Assembly (NCBI RefSeq): GCF_001194135.2
Contig: NC_068988.1
Span: forward strand, 54,507,040 to 54,567,514
Source of the DNA: Octopus bimaculoides
Taxonomy: Eukaryota
Direction of reading: 5' to 3'
Length of the DNA stretch: 60,475 bases
In this document: positions 24,269 to 37,597 of the stretch, in pieces
Position numbering within the stretch: position 1 is the first letter of the stretch
How the letters are laid out: each line of letters opens with the position of its first letter
Position numbers and translations under genes: made by a program
The notes under the pieces: model-generated
What the model was told of the DNA's origin: nothing
The model's database searches: none
The model's input: the letters and a program-made list of their open reading frames with translations, nothing else

Positions 24269-24592
24269 TACGTACATACATACATACACTAGTGTAGCTA
24301 GAGTGTGTGCTGTTCCCAAACCGCACAAAAGACATATATTACCTATAGCAGACCCAAAGGTGCTGCCCCTTTAAAAGTGTTGCCCTTATTGCCGCCACTA
24401 GCTACACTAGGTCATACATACATATATACATACAATGGACTTCCACACAGCTTCTGTCTTCCAAATTTCTTCACAAGGCTTTGGTCAGCCCAAGACTATT
24501 CTAGAAGACACTTGTTCAAGGTGCTGCACACTGGAATTGAAACCAAAACCACATGGTTGCAAAGTGAACTTCTTAACCACACAACAATACAC
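24035..24592 (-). mobile_element. SINE family A, degenerate, split by a small hAT-like MITE
   Basis: 3' module at 24035-24220 and 5' module at 24430-24592. Confidence 0.82.
24289..24410. mobile_element. 122-bp hAT-like mini-MITE
   Basis: Perfect 13-bp TIRs ctagtgtagctag / ctagctacactag; flanking 8-mers tacataca / gtcataca match at 6 of 8. Confidence 0.65.
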
Positions 24593-24849
24593 ATGCGTGT
24601 TTATTATTGTTGAATGCATGCTCTGAAGAATCCCTCCTGACACCAGATTTACTTTTAGTTGGACTGATGGTGTTTAATGTGTTTATATGTGGAAGAGGGA
24701 GACTAACGCATGTAACTATTTTCGTGTATATTTGTGTGTGCATCATGTGTGTGTCTGATCGTGGGGGAGTATATATGTGTACTATTTTTAATGGGCAGGA
24801 AGTTACAAAAGTAACTCACAAGCCAAGAGTTTCATGCAAGGCACTTATC

Positions 24850-24887
<38 letters not shown>

Positions 24888-25376
24888 NNNNNNNNNNNNN
24901 NNNNNNNNNNNNNNNNNNNNNNNNNNNNNNNNNNNNNNNNNNNNNNNNNNNNNNNNNNNNNNNNNNNNNNNNNNNNNNNNNNNNNNNNNNNNNNNNNNNN
25001 NNNNNNNNNNNNNNNNNNNNNNNNNNNNNNNNNNNNNNNNNNNNNNNNNNNNNNNNNNNNNNNNNNNNNNNNNNNNNNNNNNNNNNNNNNNNNNNNNNNN
25101 NNNNNNNNNNNNNNNNNNNNNNNNNNNNNNNNNNNNNNNNNNNNNNNNNNNNNNNNNNNNNNNNNNNNNNNNNNNNNNNNNNNNNNNNNNNNNNNNNNNN
25201 NNNNNNNNNNNNNNNNNNNNNNNNNNNNNNNNNNNNNNNNNNNNNNNNNNNNNNNNNNNNNNNNNNNNNNNNNNNNNNNNNNNNNNNNNNNNNNNNNNNN
25301 NNNNNNNNNNNNNNNNNNNNNNNNNNNNNNNNNNNNNNNNNNNNNNNNNNNNNNNNNNNNNNNNNNNNNNNNNNNN

Positions 25377-25412
<36 letters not shown>

Positions 25413-26579
25413 GGGTGTGATATGGGAGAGATTTAGCTGCTATTTTTAGTTGCTGTATTATATTGACATTGTTGCCATTCAGTGGAGATGATTTTGTGGT
25501 GTCTGATTTCTAAAGTTACTAGAAATCATACTTGCTCACCTAAGATTTCTTCTTTTTTTTTTTTCATGTTATTTTAATGAGAAATAGTTACGAGTTTATT
25601 TACAATTAAATCTGAAGAAAACTAAATATTTGTCAAGTGCTTGAGGTTAATGTCTGGTCTTTTGTTAAACTTTGCTGTTTTTCATTTACCCTGCCCAAAA
25701 TATCATAAAGTGAGAAGCAAGAAATAGTTGTTACTATAATCCTAGCTACTTTATTTATTTACCTTGTTGGATATTTATTTAACTATTTACTTAACTAGTT
25801 ATGTAGACCTTACATATTTTATGCCCCCTCTACATCTGAGTAAGAACATACGAAAAACATTTCTAGCCTTAAGACAACTTGAAACATCAAAGCAGTTCTC
25901 ATTTTCAAAATGACATTAAATTTTGTTATAAATCAGATCAAAATTATATATTCATGTAGAAATAATAAACTTTGTATTTAAAAACTAGTAAATTAAAGAA
26001 GCAACTAAACTAGTTTCATACTTTATCTAACCCCATCTTCTCTTTATTCCCCTCTCTGCTTCTTCCTATCCTCCTTTCTTTTCTATCTTCTTTCTCTTGC
26101 TCCTCCTCTCATTCACCTATCCTCTTCTATCTGACCGATTTAAGTTAAAACTTGTTCTGAGGTTGATGTTTATGTTGTATACCTGTTTTTTGGTGGTGTT
26201 ACATTGAAAGCTAAACAAAACCTCTATTTAAATTTAATAGCAAGCAGTACAAAGAGCTATCTTGGTGACCAGAAAGAACTTTTCTGGTTTACATTGTGGA
26301 GGGTGGGGAGTTTTTAAGTTTAAATTTCATTGGAATGCATTCACAAAATGATTGAAATATGTAATGGTGCCAGAGAAAAAAAAAAGAGAGAAATGTAGGC
26401 TATAATATTTAATTCTGAATGATAAATAGCATTGATATCAACAGTTTCTTTATTTGCCATAAAGGTAACGGATGAGGGATTTTACAAAGGTGAAGTAGGT
26501 AACAGTGGGGGGGGGGGGGGCGTTACATGAAATGTGGAGAGAAACAAAGAAATCATAAAAATGCAGTAAAATATATACA

Positions 26580-26725
26580 TATATCATCATCATTATCATC
26601 ATCATCAAAAGTTCACTTTTCCATGCTTGCTTGGGACAGATGGAGTTCACTGAGGCAGATTTTCTATGGCCGGATGTTCGTCTTGTTGCCACCTTATCTC
26701 ACTCTTTCTCGTAGAACCCCTAGGA
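26580..26725 (-). mobile_element. Family E 3' fragment with (ATG)n tail
   Basis: catcatc...cacttttccatgcttgc.tggg...gcagattttctatggccggatg. Confidence 0.7.
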
Positions 26726-26771
26726 ACCTTTTGCAGAACACTAGTGTTCCGAGGAACCCAGGTTGATAAAT

Positions 26772-26965
26772 GCTGGCTTAAGGTGTTGGACTCATGGTAG
26801 TAAGATTATGTTTTCAATTCCTTGACCAGGCAACGCATTGTGTTCTTGAGCAAAACACTTCATTTCACATTGCTCCAGTCCACTCAGCTGGTAAAAATGA
26901 ATAATCCTGTAACAGACTGGCATCCTGTTCAGTGGGTAACCGGAAAACTGGCTCAAGAAGAACGC
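26772..26965 (+). mobile_element. SINE family D, degenerate
   Basis: Head, core and the start of the ctgtaacagactggcatcc module. Confidence 0.82.
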
Positions 26966-27297
26966 TTTATCTAATTTATCCTTAATTGATAGGATGCTTC
27001 ACCCTACTTATCCTTAATTAATAGAGAGCTTTTGAAGTAAGAGAAGAGAAGTTGATTGCAATTGCTCAAGTTTGATTTATGCAAGCTCTTCCATCATAAA
27101 TCCATTTGTGTGCCTCTTATCTCTCAGATATATCCGAAATCATACACATTACTGGTTCTTTTACTCAGATTTATGTAAAGTGCTTGAGAGAGTATGCCTT
27201 CATTTGTTTTGGAAGGTAGCCTATGGAAGGATAGAAGTAACTTCAACATAAGGATTAGAACTCAGCACTGCAGTTTATCAATAATGAACAGGGATTC

Positions 27298-27524
27298 TTA
27301 ACCCTTAAGCATTCAGATTATTCTGTCAACTGTAATCCTTATTGATTTATATGTTTCGAATTAATCATGCATTATCTTTTAGCTTTCAGATTTTAATAAT
27401 GTCATTGTATATTATTAGAGTAACATTGTAGGCTAGGTGTAATAGGCTGAATAGGCCAGTTTGAACAGAAGACAGGTAGAATGTTTTGAGCTGGATATGG
27501 TTGGTTTAAATACTACAGGATTAA
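27298..27524 (+). mobile_element. piggyBac-type MITE (family G)
   Basis: TTAA|CCCTTAAGCATT...ATACTACAGGA|TTAA. Confidence 0.88.
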
Positions 27525-27702
27525 GTCAAGCTACTTCCAAGATTTTCTTCAAAATTGGTCTGGAACTCCCTCTCATCTCGTATTTTCTTTGCAGACATTA
27601 AATGCTACTTGTAGTGACCTCAGTTTTAAAATACCTTGAAAGGTTATGAAATCTTTTCATCTTCCCCAGACTAAAAGAAAGTGTATTAATTCTTTGTGAG
27701 CT

Positions 27703-27874
27703 AGGCATAGGAGTGGCTGTGTGGTAAGTAGCTTGCTTACCAACCACATGGTTCCGGGTTCAGTCCCACTGCGTGGCACCTTGGGTAAGTGTCTTCTACT
27801 ATAGCCTCGGGCCGACCAAAGCCTTGTGAGTGGATTTGGTAGACGGAAACTGAAAGAAGCCTGTCGTATATATG

Positions 27875-27905
<31 letters not shown>

Positions 27906-28125
27906 ATGTTTGTGTGTCTGTGTTTGTCCTCCACAACATCGTTTGACAACCGATGCTGATGTGTTTGTGTCCCCATAACTTAGCGGTTTGGCAAAAGAGA
28001 CCGATAGAATAAGTACTAGGCTTACAAAAGAATAAGTCCTGGGGTCAATTTGCTCGACTAAAGGCGGTGCTCCAGCATGGGCACAGTCAAATGACTGAAA
28101 CAAGTAAAAGAGAGAGTAAAGAGTA
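27703..28125 (+). mobile_element. SINE family A, full length and CpG-rich (apparently young); used here as the reference copy
   Basis: tRNA-like head (B box GGTTCAGTCCC), ccttggg.aagt CORE-like block, internal (TA)(TG)n, 3' module and (GAGTAAA)-like tail. Confidence 0.96.
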
Positions 28126-28559
28126 AGTGTAAACCTAGCAATGAAGGTGTACGAGTGTTTTAAGCAGCAGAATGAGGTTAAAAATCTTTCGTTGACTTGG
28201 CTGAAACTAAGTAATCCTTGCGGCACTGTATTCTTTCTTAGATCACTGCATAAGATCAGGTCAAATGATTCAAAAGATATCGGACAATACCACTCAACAG
28301 CTCGTAATTATTAATGTACATCTTTCCTACATCAACTTTAGTATTTTCTCTCAGTCATACTGCTTTTATTGTTTTCCTCCATTAGCTAAGCCATTTGACA
28401 AGTTAAAAGCAAAAGACAAACAAAAACAAATGTAATCACCTTGAACATTATCGTGAACACTATCTTAAATATTATCTTATAGCTTTAAGCTGTGAATCAG
28501 TACAAACATTGGATAGATAACTGTTGACATAGGCCAGGTCCTATTACTGTTGACCATAG

Positions 28560-28925
28560 GGACACATGAATTGTCATCATCATTTATGTCTGCTTTCCAT
28601 GATGGTATGGGCTGGAAGGTCATCACGGTCTGAATCAGTTCTTATTGAAATCTACTACTCTCATAGACTGGTGCTTTTTACATGTCACTGTTCCTATGAT
28701 AGGATGCTCTTCCTATCACTAACTACTTTACAGAGTGTACTGGATGCATTTTTCTCACGGCACCAGTACTAAAGAGGTTGTTATATTTTCAACAAGACAA
28801 CACAAAAGGATCTTCTTAACTCCTTGTTTTCTTCACTTGTTTGGCCACCACTTTACAGCGTAAATGCACTCAATGTGTACTAGACGCATTTTTTCATCAC
28901 TCTAACACTAAAGAGGTTGTCCAAC
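28560..28925 (-). mobile_element. Family E repeat, degenerate, with a partial local duplication
   Basis: ggatgctcttcctatcactaactactttacagagtgtactggatgcatttt; repeated at about 28850-28925. Confidence 0.7.
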
Positions 28926-30399
28926 TCCTCAGTGAGACCTCTCAAACCTACTTTTCCTTTGTTAACACTTCAATCACTCTAGTGGGTGCCCTGGGGGAAG
29001 GGAGATTTCTCACTCTTATACTATGGGTAGAAAGCAATAAGAAAAGTAATATGTGAAAAAATATCTGAAATCTCAGACAACCTCTCATCAGAAAGACAAA
29101 AGGTTCTACTTAAACACCTGATGTTACTCCTTACAACACATCTGTATACTGCATCTTGTTGCTTTTTACCTGATTGACTCATGCCAATGTAGATCACCTT
29201 TTGTCACCTTAAGCTAAGAAGGAAACCTTTATGTGGTTGCTCATTTTGTTAAAAATAACAGCTAAATTTCCTTTGAAACATCCTGATATTTACAAAAAAA
29301 AAACAATGGAAGGTCACTTTGGACAACATAGGATCTGTTGTGCAAAAACACAGGATGATTAAGGTTGGAATGCTTTTGATCACAGATCTGCTGAATCAGG
29401 GCTGTCCAGAGACTAAGCAACAATGATCTCATGTTTATATCTACTGTTGTTGTCTCAGTCATCAACTCTGCTTAGCTCCACTCCCAGATAACAAAGTACA
29501 TCTTCAGCTGCTGTCATATACTAAATAAATCTGGAAATGTTATGAGTCAGTGAAGTTTTTCACATGAACCTGCAATGAAGGTAAACTATGATAAAGGATA
29601 TTGCTTTACAATGTTTTTACATGTTATAGAAATTTGAGAAGAAAAGATACAACAAAATCACAGAAGCATGAAAGAAATTATTCAAAGCATGAAGATTGTA
29701 TCCAGAGATTGTTTTTTAATTTCTCAGGGTTGAACAGTGAAAAGAAAGGAGGGGAAAAAAGGGTTCATTTAAGAAAGCAGTCAATGAGGACTCACTCAAT
29801 TTGGCAGTCATAAGAAATGGGGCGGGGGTGTAGAGAGGAAGTTGAAATAGTGGAACAGAGGAGAATTGAAATATTTAGGTAAGGAGAAATTTAGATGCTG
29901 GAGTAGAAGTCAGAAGGTAGAAGTGAAGATATTGAGGTAGAATGAAGGAAGATTTTTCCACAGAATTTGGTTGCAGAATCTTCCTTTTACTCATCACATC
30001 AGTATTAGTCTGTGGGAGGAAACATACTAAAACCATTTTAATTTACTGTCATATGGAACTGAGCTCATCTGATGATTTCAGAAATACACTCCTGTATGAA
30101 ATATTTTTTATGTGAGTAATCCAATTGCTCAGACAATAATTGTGTGGATCTGGAAAGAAGTTTTGATATGGTTTATCTTTTAAGATCTTGATGTCTTATA
30201 TTTTGTTTCCTCATATTTCTCCATCTCGTTATTCCAATATCATCATCATTGTTTTTATATCCATTTTTCCAAACTTGTATGGGTTGAACAGGTCCCCTCC
30301 AATACAGCATCCATCTACTTTGCATGTTCCTTTATAAGGTCCAACTTCCTGAGACTAGCTTTCACCACTTCTTTCATATTATATCATATCTTGGTGGAA

Positions 30400-30650
30400 A
30401 TCAGCTGTCTGGTACTGTGGACATGTGATTAGAATGTCACAGGAAAGAATTGCAAGATGATTTCTTCAAGCCGAAACCAACCAGTCGGAGACCTAGATGT
30501 AGACTGAGAATGAGATGGTTGGATGATATCCATAACCTCAGTTGGTTACACTTGGGAATCTAACTGGAATGTGCAATGACAGTTGCTTCTGACAGGACCT
30601 TATGGAAGAAGTGCTGAGGACTCTACCCCCATGAACCTCCCATGAATAAT
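30400..30650 (+). pseudogene. Decayed RTE LINE ORF2 C-terminus
   Basis: WYCGHVIRMSQERIAR*, then TSRRPRCRLRMRWLDDI...VASDRTLWKK; compare the RTE motif GHV.RM...GRP..RW.D.I...A.DR..W. Confidence 0.75.
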
Positions 30651-31024
30651 GGGCAGAAAAGTTAGATGGATATATCTTTATAAGACTTTCATTTTTGTAT
30701 ATGGTTTGAAAAATTCTTGATGTAAACTCATGTGTTAAAATATATTTCATGTTTTGGGAGGGTCATTATGCCAATAAACCCCCTCCCACTCACACACAAA
30801 CACACACACTGGTTTCATTTCACTTTTTTATTGTTTACTTTTTTTGTCAATTGGTTTAACTATTTAACCAATTAACTAATTGCTTGTTTGATTAATTCTT
30901 CAGTCAATCAATCAATTTGTAGGTGTGTCAATATTTTCCTAAAATTCCTTTTAACACAACAACAGCAACAACAATATTGCTCTTCAAAAGATTAATAATT
31001 TGTATTAACCTGAGAGATATTATA

Positions 31025-31530
31025 AGAACTGGTTGATGATTTTCGCTCTGTTCACTATTGGAAAAGAGTCAAATTTAGATGTATCAACGCCAAATGATTT
31101 TTACCTCAGGAAAATCTCAAAATGTGAATAAATGTGCATTCTTCCATTTAATGTTTGATTTATTATAGAAGAGTAGTATATCTGATGAAGGTTTCCCTAT
31201 ATGGAGGGAGAAATCTGGACAGAATCATTTATTTTCAAATGGAGAACTTTATTCAGACAATTTGCCAATTTGCACAATGTATCATTATTAACAAGATGAA
31301 AAAAAAAACTACTCAAAGAACATTACCTGAAAGAGATGTTGCCTTATACTAGATAATTTCCACAAGATTAACATTATTGAAATAAGTTGATCTAGATTGA
31401 AAAGAAAAAAAGATGTTGTGATTCATCTACCAAATTTACTTGATACAGAACTGTCCATTTACCATCTGTTCAGTGTTTATAGAACCATATGGTAGAACAG
31501 AAATTTACAGACATTTGGAACGTATCAGAA
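31025..31530 (+). pseudogene. Highly decayed mariner (DD34D-type) transposase remnant
   Basis: Ordered degenerate motifs: actggt-tgatga (TGDE-like), KVSLYGGRNLDRIIYFQ (KVML.VWWD.KGIIYFE-like), ctagataat (HDN-like) and HLPNLLDTELSIYHLF (HPPYSPDLAPSDYHLF-like). Confidence 0.5.
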
Positions 31531-31663
31531 ATAAAAAAATTCCTAAACTATTAGCCAAATAGTTTTTGCAGAGATTTAACCAAAAATTTGGCATAGAGCT
31601 AAAGAATCAAAATAGAAAATGATAAAAATAACATATAACATAGATTTTTGTTTTTTTATTATC

Positions 31664-31721
<58 letters not shown>

Positions 31722-33199
31722 GTTTAGTTCTTTTCTTCCATATACTTTATATCTTCCAAAACTTTTTTATTAATTTCTGACAAATATTAATTACTCGAAA
31801 ACATTTCAAAAATTTTTTTTTTTTTTCTACGAGTAACACAATAAAAGCAATCAATTATGTTTTCAATTAAAACACAGATTACAATTTTTTTTTTTTTTTT
31901 TTTGGAAGAAAAGGGACGAATATAGATACAAGGACTTCCAAGGGAGAGTAAATGAAATGTTGCTATAGCTATGTCTTCCTAATGAACATTAGTGAAATAA
32001 TTAATGTGAAAAATTAATTCTATCTAAAAATTAAAATTGTGCTACCAACCTGGTTTTCTGCCAGGAGTTTACCCATATTAAATGCTACTTATAAAAGAAG
32101 GAAGCAAAATGGTTTCTTAAAATAGATCATTACTATCTTCATGAAGGAGCCAGTTCACATCACTAATACCTTTGAATTCTGTAGCAGAGTATCTAAAAAC
32201 ATTCAGAACTGTCTAACATTGGTTACAGAGGAGAAACATCTAAAACTGTTGAAAAACAAAATATGTGTAGTTAATTTTCTCAGTAAAGATGGAATTCATA
32301 CCTACTCCCAAGTGGTTGTATGAAATTCTTTTCAAGAATCATGAGAAAAGAAGAAAAAAACAATATATCTGTAATTGTTTGAGAAGAAAACTCACACACA
32401 AAACATATTGTGTATTTACAACAAGCTCAACAGAGGAGATAGATTCTTTTCAGTTGGCCACATTTTGACTGGTTTTACAATGATTATCTGAATTAACTAT
32501 GAATGAGAATCAATTAGCAATCAGGAATTATATAAGAATTACAGAATTTAAATTCTGAATACCAACAGTTCAAGCTAGAACAAATTCCAAGCCACGTCAC
32601 TGGTTACACAAGATTTACTTGACTTTTCTTTCTCTTCTCTTTCTCTCTCACCCACTCTCACTTTCTCTCCTCTCTTTTTGTTGTTGCTTTGGAGGAATTT
32701 TCTTTTTATCATCTAATTTTTACAAGACCAACTTTCTAGACAGGTATTTTCTCACCAAACAACAAAGTCTGGGATTCTTCAGTTTCTTTGTATGCATAAT
32801 GTTTTCTGTTTCATTCCCAGAATATTTGTTTTATCAATGAATGCATTGTTTTCTTGTTAAGTTTTAGGTAGATGTGGGAGTAGATTAGCTACCCAGTCTC
32901 TTGTATCATCCCTCATGTGTTTCATATCTCGCTGAGTTGCAGAGGGATTTCAATAGTCACCCAAATTTATTTTAGGTATTCTGTAGTTTTGAGTGTAATA
33001 AAGAAATAGCTGTAACAACTCATCATTGTAGGTTACCAATGAACACAGCATTGGCTTGATGTAGATGGTGAGTGTTTGTCTGTGTAGTAAAGAGTAGCTG
33101 GTTTTTGCTTTTTTCTTTAAATAGGAGCTGTTCATGAAGAGAGGTTATAGTCAACTATTACTTCTGATGAAAGTTAAATTGCAGAGAGCATTCTAGTAT

Positions 33200-33412
33200 T
33201 GGTTTCAAATCTTGACACAAGGCCAGCAATTTGGGGATAAGTGGGGTAAGTTGATTGCATTGACCCTGGTACTCAAATAGTACTTATTTTATCAATCCTG
33301 AAAAGATGAATGGCAAAATTGACCTTGGTGGAATTTGAACTCAGAACACGAAGACAGATGAAATGCCACTAAGCATTTTGCCCAGAATGCTAACGATTCT
33401 GCCAGCTTACTA
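33200..33412 (-). mobile_element. SINE family C
   Basis: Full head-to-tail similarity to 36146-36360. Confidence 0.88.
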
Positions 33413-33524
33413 TTTTACAACATTCTAATATTTTTAGCACTGTCATCACTGCTTGTGCAAAATTACTGGCAGCAAAATCTTGGAATTCCCTTCAGACAGT
33501 CTTTTAACTGCAGTTAGGGGTTTA

Positions 33525-33705
33525 TTAAAGTTGGTGCCTTTGCCTTTCCCTTGGATAACATCAGTGGTATGGAGAGGGGAGGATGGTATGCATGGGTGAC
33601 TGCTGGTCTTCCATAAATGACCTTGCCCAGACTTGTGCCCCAGAGGGTAACTTTCTAGGTGCAATCCCATGGTCATTCATGACCGAAGGGGGTCCTTACC
33701 CTTTA
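33525..33705 (+). mobile_element. Isolated F-type SINE 3' module
   Basis: Matches the reverse complement of 18368-18545 (tctaggtgcaatc.catggtcattcatga.c.aagggggtc). Confidence 0.85.
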
Positions 33706-33987
33706 TTTAGTAGAAACATACTTTAAAGAACAGCCAATCAGTATTAACTCTGATAGTTTTTAATTTTTCTCTTTTAGATAAATAATTAATTGGTAATTAA
33801 GCTCAAACTGACGAAAGAAAATATACATAAATATTTTAGTGTGAACAGTGACAGAAAAAAACTCAAGAGAGTTCTTTCTTCTTGCTGACTCTGATGAAAG
33901 CTGGCTTTAAAATATTCAAATATATTCTTCATTGTGAGTTCTCCTTCAAAATATTCAGACATTGATTTCACTATCTGACACTTTCTA

Positions 33988-34201
33988 AGCAGCGGGCTGG
34001 CAGAAATGTTAGCACGCCAGGCAAAATGCTTAGCAGTATTTCGTCTGTCTTTACATTCTGAGTTCAAATTCTGCCGAGGTCGACTTTGCCTTTCATCCTT
34101 TCGGGGCTGATAAATTAAAGACCAGTTGTGTACTGGGGTCAATTTAATCGACTAGCCCCCTCCCCAAAAATTTCGGGCCTTGTACGTAGAGTAGAAAGGA
34201 A
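33988..34201 (+). mobile_element. SINE family C, full length, ~14-bp TSD
   Basis: tatctgacactttc (33972-85) and tatctaacactttc (34202-15). Confidence 0.93.
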
Positions 34202-34269
34202 TATCTAACACTTTCAAAAGTGACAACTTGTTTGACATTTAGACCTTCAGTTATTCTATACACAGTATT

Positions 34270-34770
34270 ATTCTATCTTTTATCTTTTACTTGTTTCAGT
34301 CATTAGACTGTGGCCATGCTGGGGCACCACCTCGAAGAATTTTTAATCAAATCAATTGACCCTAGTACTTATTTCTTTGTTAAACCTGGTACTTATTCTA
34401 TCAGTCTCTCAGCCTTTGTATCTTCTAAATCACAGGGACATAAACAAACCAGCATTGATTGTCAAGTAGTGGTGTGAGACAAACACAGATCAAAGACATA
34501 TGCACAAACACACACACAAAGACACACACATACACACACACATATACACACACAAACACAGACACAAACACACACATACAAACACACACACACACACACA
34601 AACACGCACACATATGACAGGCTTCTTTCTTTTTCCATCTACTAAATTTACTCACAAGACTTCGATTGGCCCAAAGCTATAGTAGAAGACACTTGTCCAA
34701 GGTGCCACACTGTGGGACTGAACTGAGAACCATGTGGTTTGGAAGCAAGCTTCTTACCACATAGTCACAT
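34270..34770 (-). mobile_element. SINE family A with internal CA tract
   Basis: Both modules are present. Confidence 0.88.
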
Positions 34771-35364
34771 GCTAACATTACTATGAATGAGACTCACATC
34801 TAAATCCCACTTCTTCACAGTACTTGACCTCATCTACAACACTACAGAGATGGTGAAACTATGATTAGTCCACCTTAGGACATATGAAGAACATAAGAGA
34901 TATATAATACAGAAAAGACCATAAGATTAAATTCATTCCAAAATTTAATTTACTTCTTATGAGTCCAAATTATACTGGTCAAATTACTTTCCAGCCACGT
35001 GGTAGGGATGAAATAAATGCCAGTTATATATTGGGGTTAATTTAATTGTTGTTTCCACTTGTTTTACAACAGTGGCATTTAGTCTAAATAAACCAGTACC
35101 AGTCTTTGTTTCTATGCATTGCCTGACATTTTTATTCAGTTTATTTCAAATCTCAATATGCAAATGAAGTGAAGTGTTTCAACAAAGAACTGACAGTTGT
35201 TTTACTTGCTTCTCAACTATTACAACTTTGCACCTTGCTAGATATCTGCAGCAGCCTTTGTCTGCATCTACAAAAGTACTTACAGGTGTGCAATATCAAT
35301 GGCTACCCAAGTACACAGGTGTTTACAGGTGTTTACCATGTAAGTAAAAAGGATATTGCATCAG

Positions 35365-35660
35365 GCCCAAGATTGCATGCTCCAGATGCTTGATCAATGG
35401 AACTACTTACTTATAGAACTATAGTGAATCTGGTTGAATATTCCACAGACACTTATACTCTTAACATAATCCACAAACTGAAACAGTGTCCCAAAGTATA
35501 TGACAAGTCTAGCACTTTGAATTACAGGTACAGACCATCTTAGTCTCCATTTAAACAATTTTGCTCACATGGCTTGAATTGACATGAGACTGATAGAAGA
35601 CTCCAAGCCAAGGTACCACTGCGCGATCAAATGTGGGGCCTCATGATTGTAAAGTAAACT
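35365..35660 (-). mobile_element. Old degenerate SINE with a B-type 3' module and a different head
   Basis: ttccacagacac...actcttaac...gacaag...gcactttgaattacaggtaca matches the B tail; the upstream part does not match the B head. Confidence 0.55.
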
Positions 35661-36145
35661 TAACTATTCATCTGTGTCTGCATCCAAACTGGTTTATGTA
35701 CCTTAGTCCTAACAACATAAACTAGTCATATTCTTTGCTATTGTAAACCTCAAATTAGCCATGTATTGCAAACATTATAACCAAGTATCCTGAAATTTAA
35801 ATAAAAAGCTAGCTCAGTCTCTAGGTATATCCACATAAACTAGGCAGTAGCCCAGTTTATAAACCAACCAAATACCACAGATGTGAACAACTGATAAACT
35901 AGCCATACACCTGCCAATAAAATAACCAGTCAGGCAAATTATTGAGATAAAAGAGTAAAGAATTTCAGTGTATTTCAAGGTTCATTTCGTATTCACTCAG
36001 GTGTTCACTGGACACATAAATGACTTGTTCACATTACGTTTCAGATGACTGTGTGGGATGATAATATATGTGTGTGTATGTATGTATATGTAGATTATGT
36101 GTGACTGTATGTTGAATGTATGTGTCTGTCAATATGTAGGTATGT

Positions 36146-36360
36146 AAAGGTGGCAAGCTGGCAGAAACATTAGCATGCCAGGTGAAATGCCTTGCAGTAT
36201 TTCGTCAGTCTTTACATTCTGAGTTCAAATTCCACCGAGGTCGACTTTGCCTTTCATCCTTTCGGGGTCAATAAATTAAATAGCAGTTGTGTACTGGGGT
36301 CGATCTAATTGACTGGACCCCTCCCCCAAAATTTCGAGCCTTGTGCCTAGAGTAGAAAAG
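36146..36360 (+). mobile_element. SINE family C, full length, 15-bp TSD
   Basis: B box GAGTTCAAATTCC; TSD aatatgtaggtatgt at 36131-45 and 36361-75. Confidence 0.95.
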
Positions 36361-36789
36361 AATATGTAGGTATGTGGATACATGTCTGTATTATTAGATG
36401 ATAGTATAAGTCATGTGTGCGCATGTGTGTGTGAAGTGCATTTGTGTGTTCACACATTTGTAAGTGTATGTGTATGCATATATGTATCTAAATATATGAC
36501 ATATTTTCATATATTATATATACTAAATATATGGCATACTTCGTATATTATATATGAACGCTTTATGAAAAATTCTATGTGTCTGTTTCTCACACATAAA
36601 CATGTATGTGTGTGTGTGAGTGTATGTGCTTATATGTATACACACAGACACCCACTCATATACAGTTTTTACAGCTTTTGTAAATAAAAGAGGAAGGTAG
36701 TTTTTAATACATGTAAGAGTTTTATTTTTTTTTACATGTACACTCACACATGCATATTTATACATGTATATGTATATGTATAAGGCCAC

Positions 36790-37001
36790 CTCAGTTGAAG
36801 AGGTCTTTTTAGTCTTGCGAATTACAAACTACGCAAGTGCTGATGCCACAAAAAAAATAATAATAAAAGCCTCCAGTACACTCTATAAAGTGACTGGCAT
36901 TAGGAAGGGCATCCAGCTATAGAAACCATATCAGAGCAGACACTGGACCATGATGCAGTCCTCCATCCTCTGTGGATCTTGTCATGGAAGATAGGTATCA
37001 A

Positions 37002-37045
<44 letters not shown>
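36790..37045 (+). mobile_element. Family E repeat with (GAT)n tail
   Basis: ccagtacactctataaagtg.ctggcattaggaagggcatccagctatagaaacc. Confidence 0.85.
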
Positions 37046-37094
37046 ATACAGATCACATACATAGAGCACATGAATATATGAGAAAGGAACTTCA

Positions 37095-37495
37095 GATGTT
37101 CGGCCTAACAGAGGGGATGACAGGGGACCAAGACTTCTGCCAGTTTGCTGTGCTTGAGAAGACATGTCAAACTAAGTAAATACATGGTCATCCTTGCATA
37201 CAGGCAAGTCCCTTGTGTCTTTCTTTAGCTGAGTGTTCCTAATCTTGTGGGCTCATGGGTGCCAGTTCCATGTAAAAAGGATCCATACTGGTACTGCGTA
37301 AAAGCATCCATGCTTGTGCTGTGTAGATGCACCCAATACACTTTGTAAAGGGGTTGGCATCAGGAAGGGCATCCAACCATAGAAACCATGTCAAAACAGA
37401 CATTGAGCCTGAGCAGCTCTTCAACTGGTCTGCTACTGTCAAACCATCCAACCCATGCCAGCATGGGAAACAGACACTAAACGACGACAACGATA
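37095..37495 (+). mobile_element. 5'-truncated RTE LINE: last codons of ORF2 plus the family E 3' UTR
   Basis: 37099-37179 reads FGLTEGMTGDQDFCQFAVLEKTCQTK* (RTE-like C-terminus) and runs directly into the E sequence. Confidence 0.7.
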
Positions 37496-37496
37496 T

Positions 37497-37597
<101 letters not shown>

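Noticed and set aside
33165-33190. Isolated CTGATGA heptamers (also near 33892)
   Set aside because: No stem II/GAAA/NUH arrangement or stem I pairing, so not hammerhead-like.
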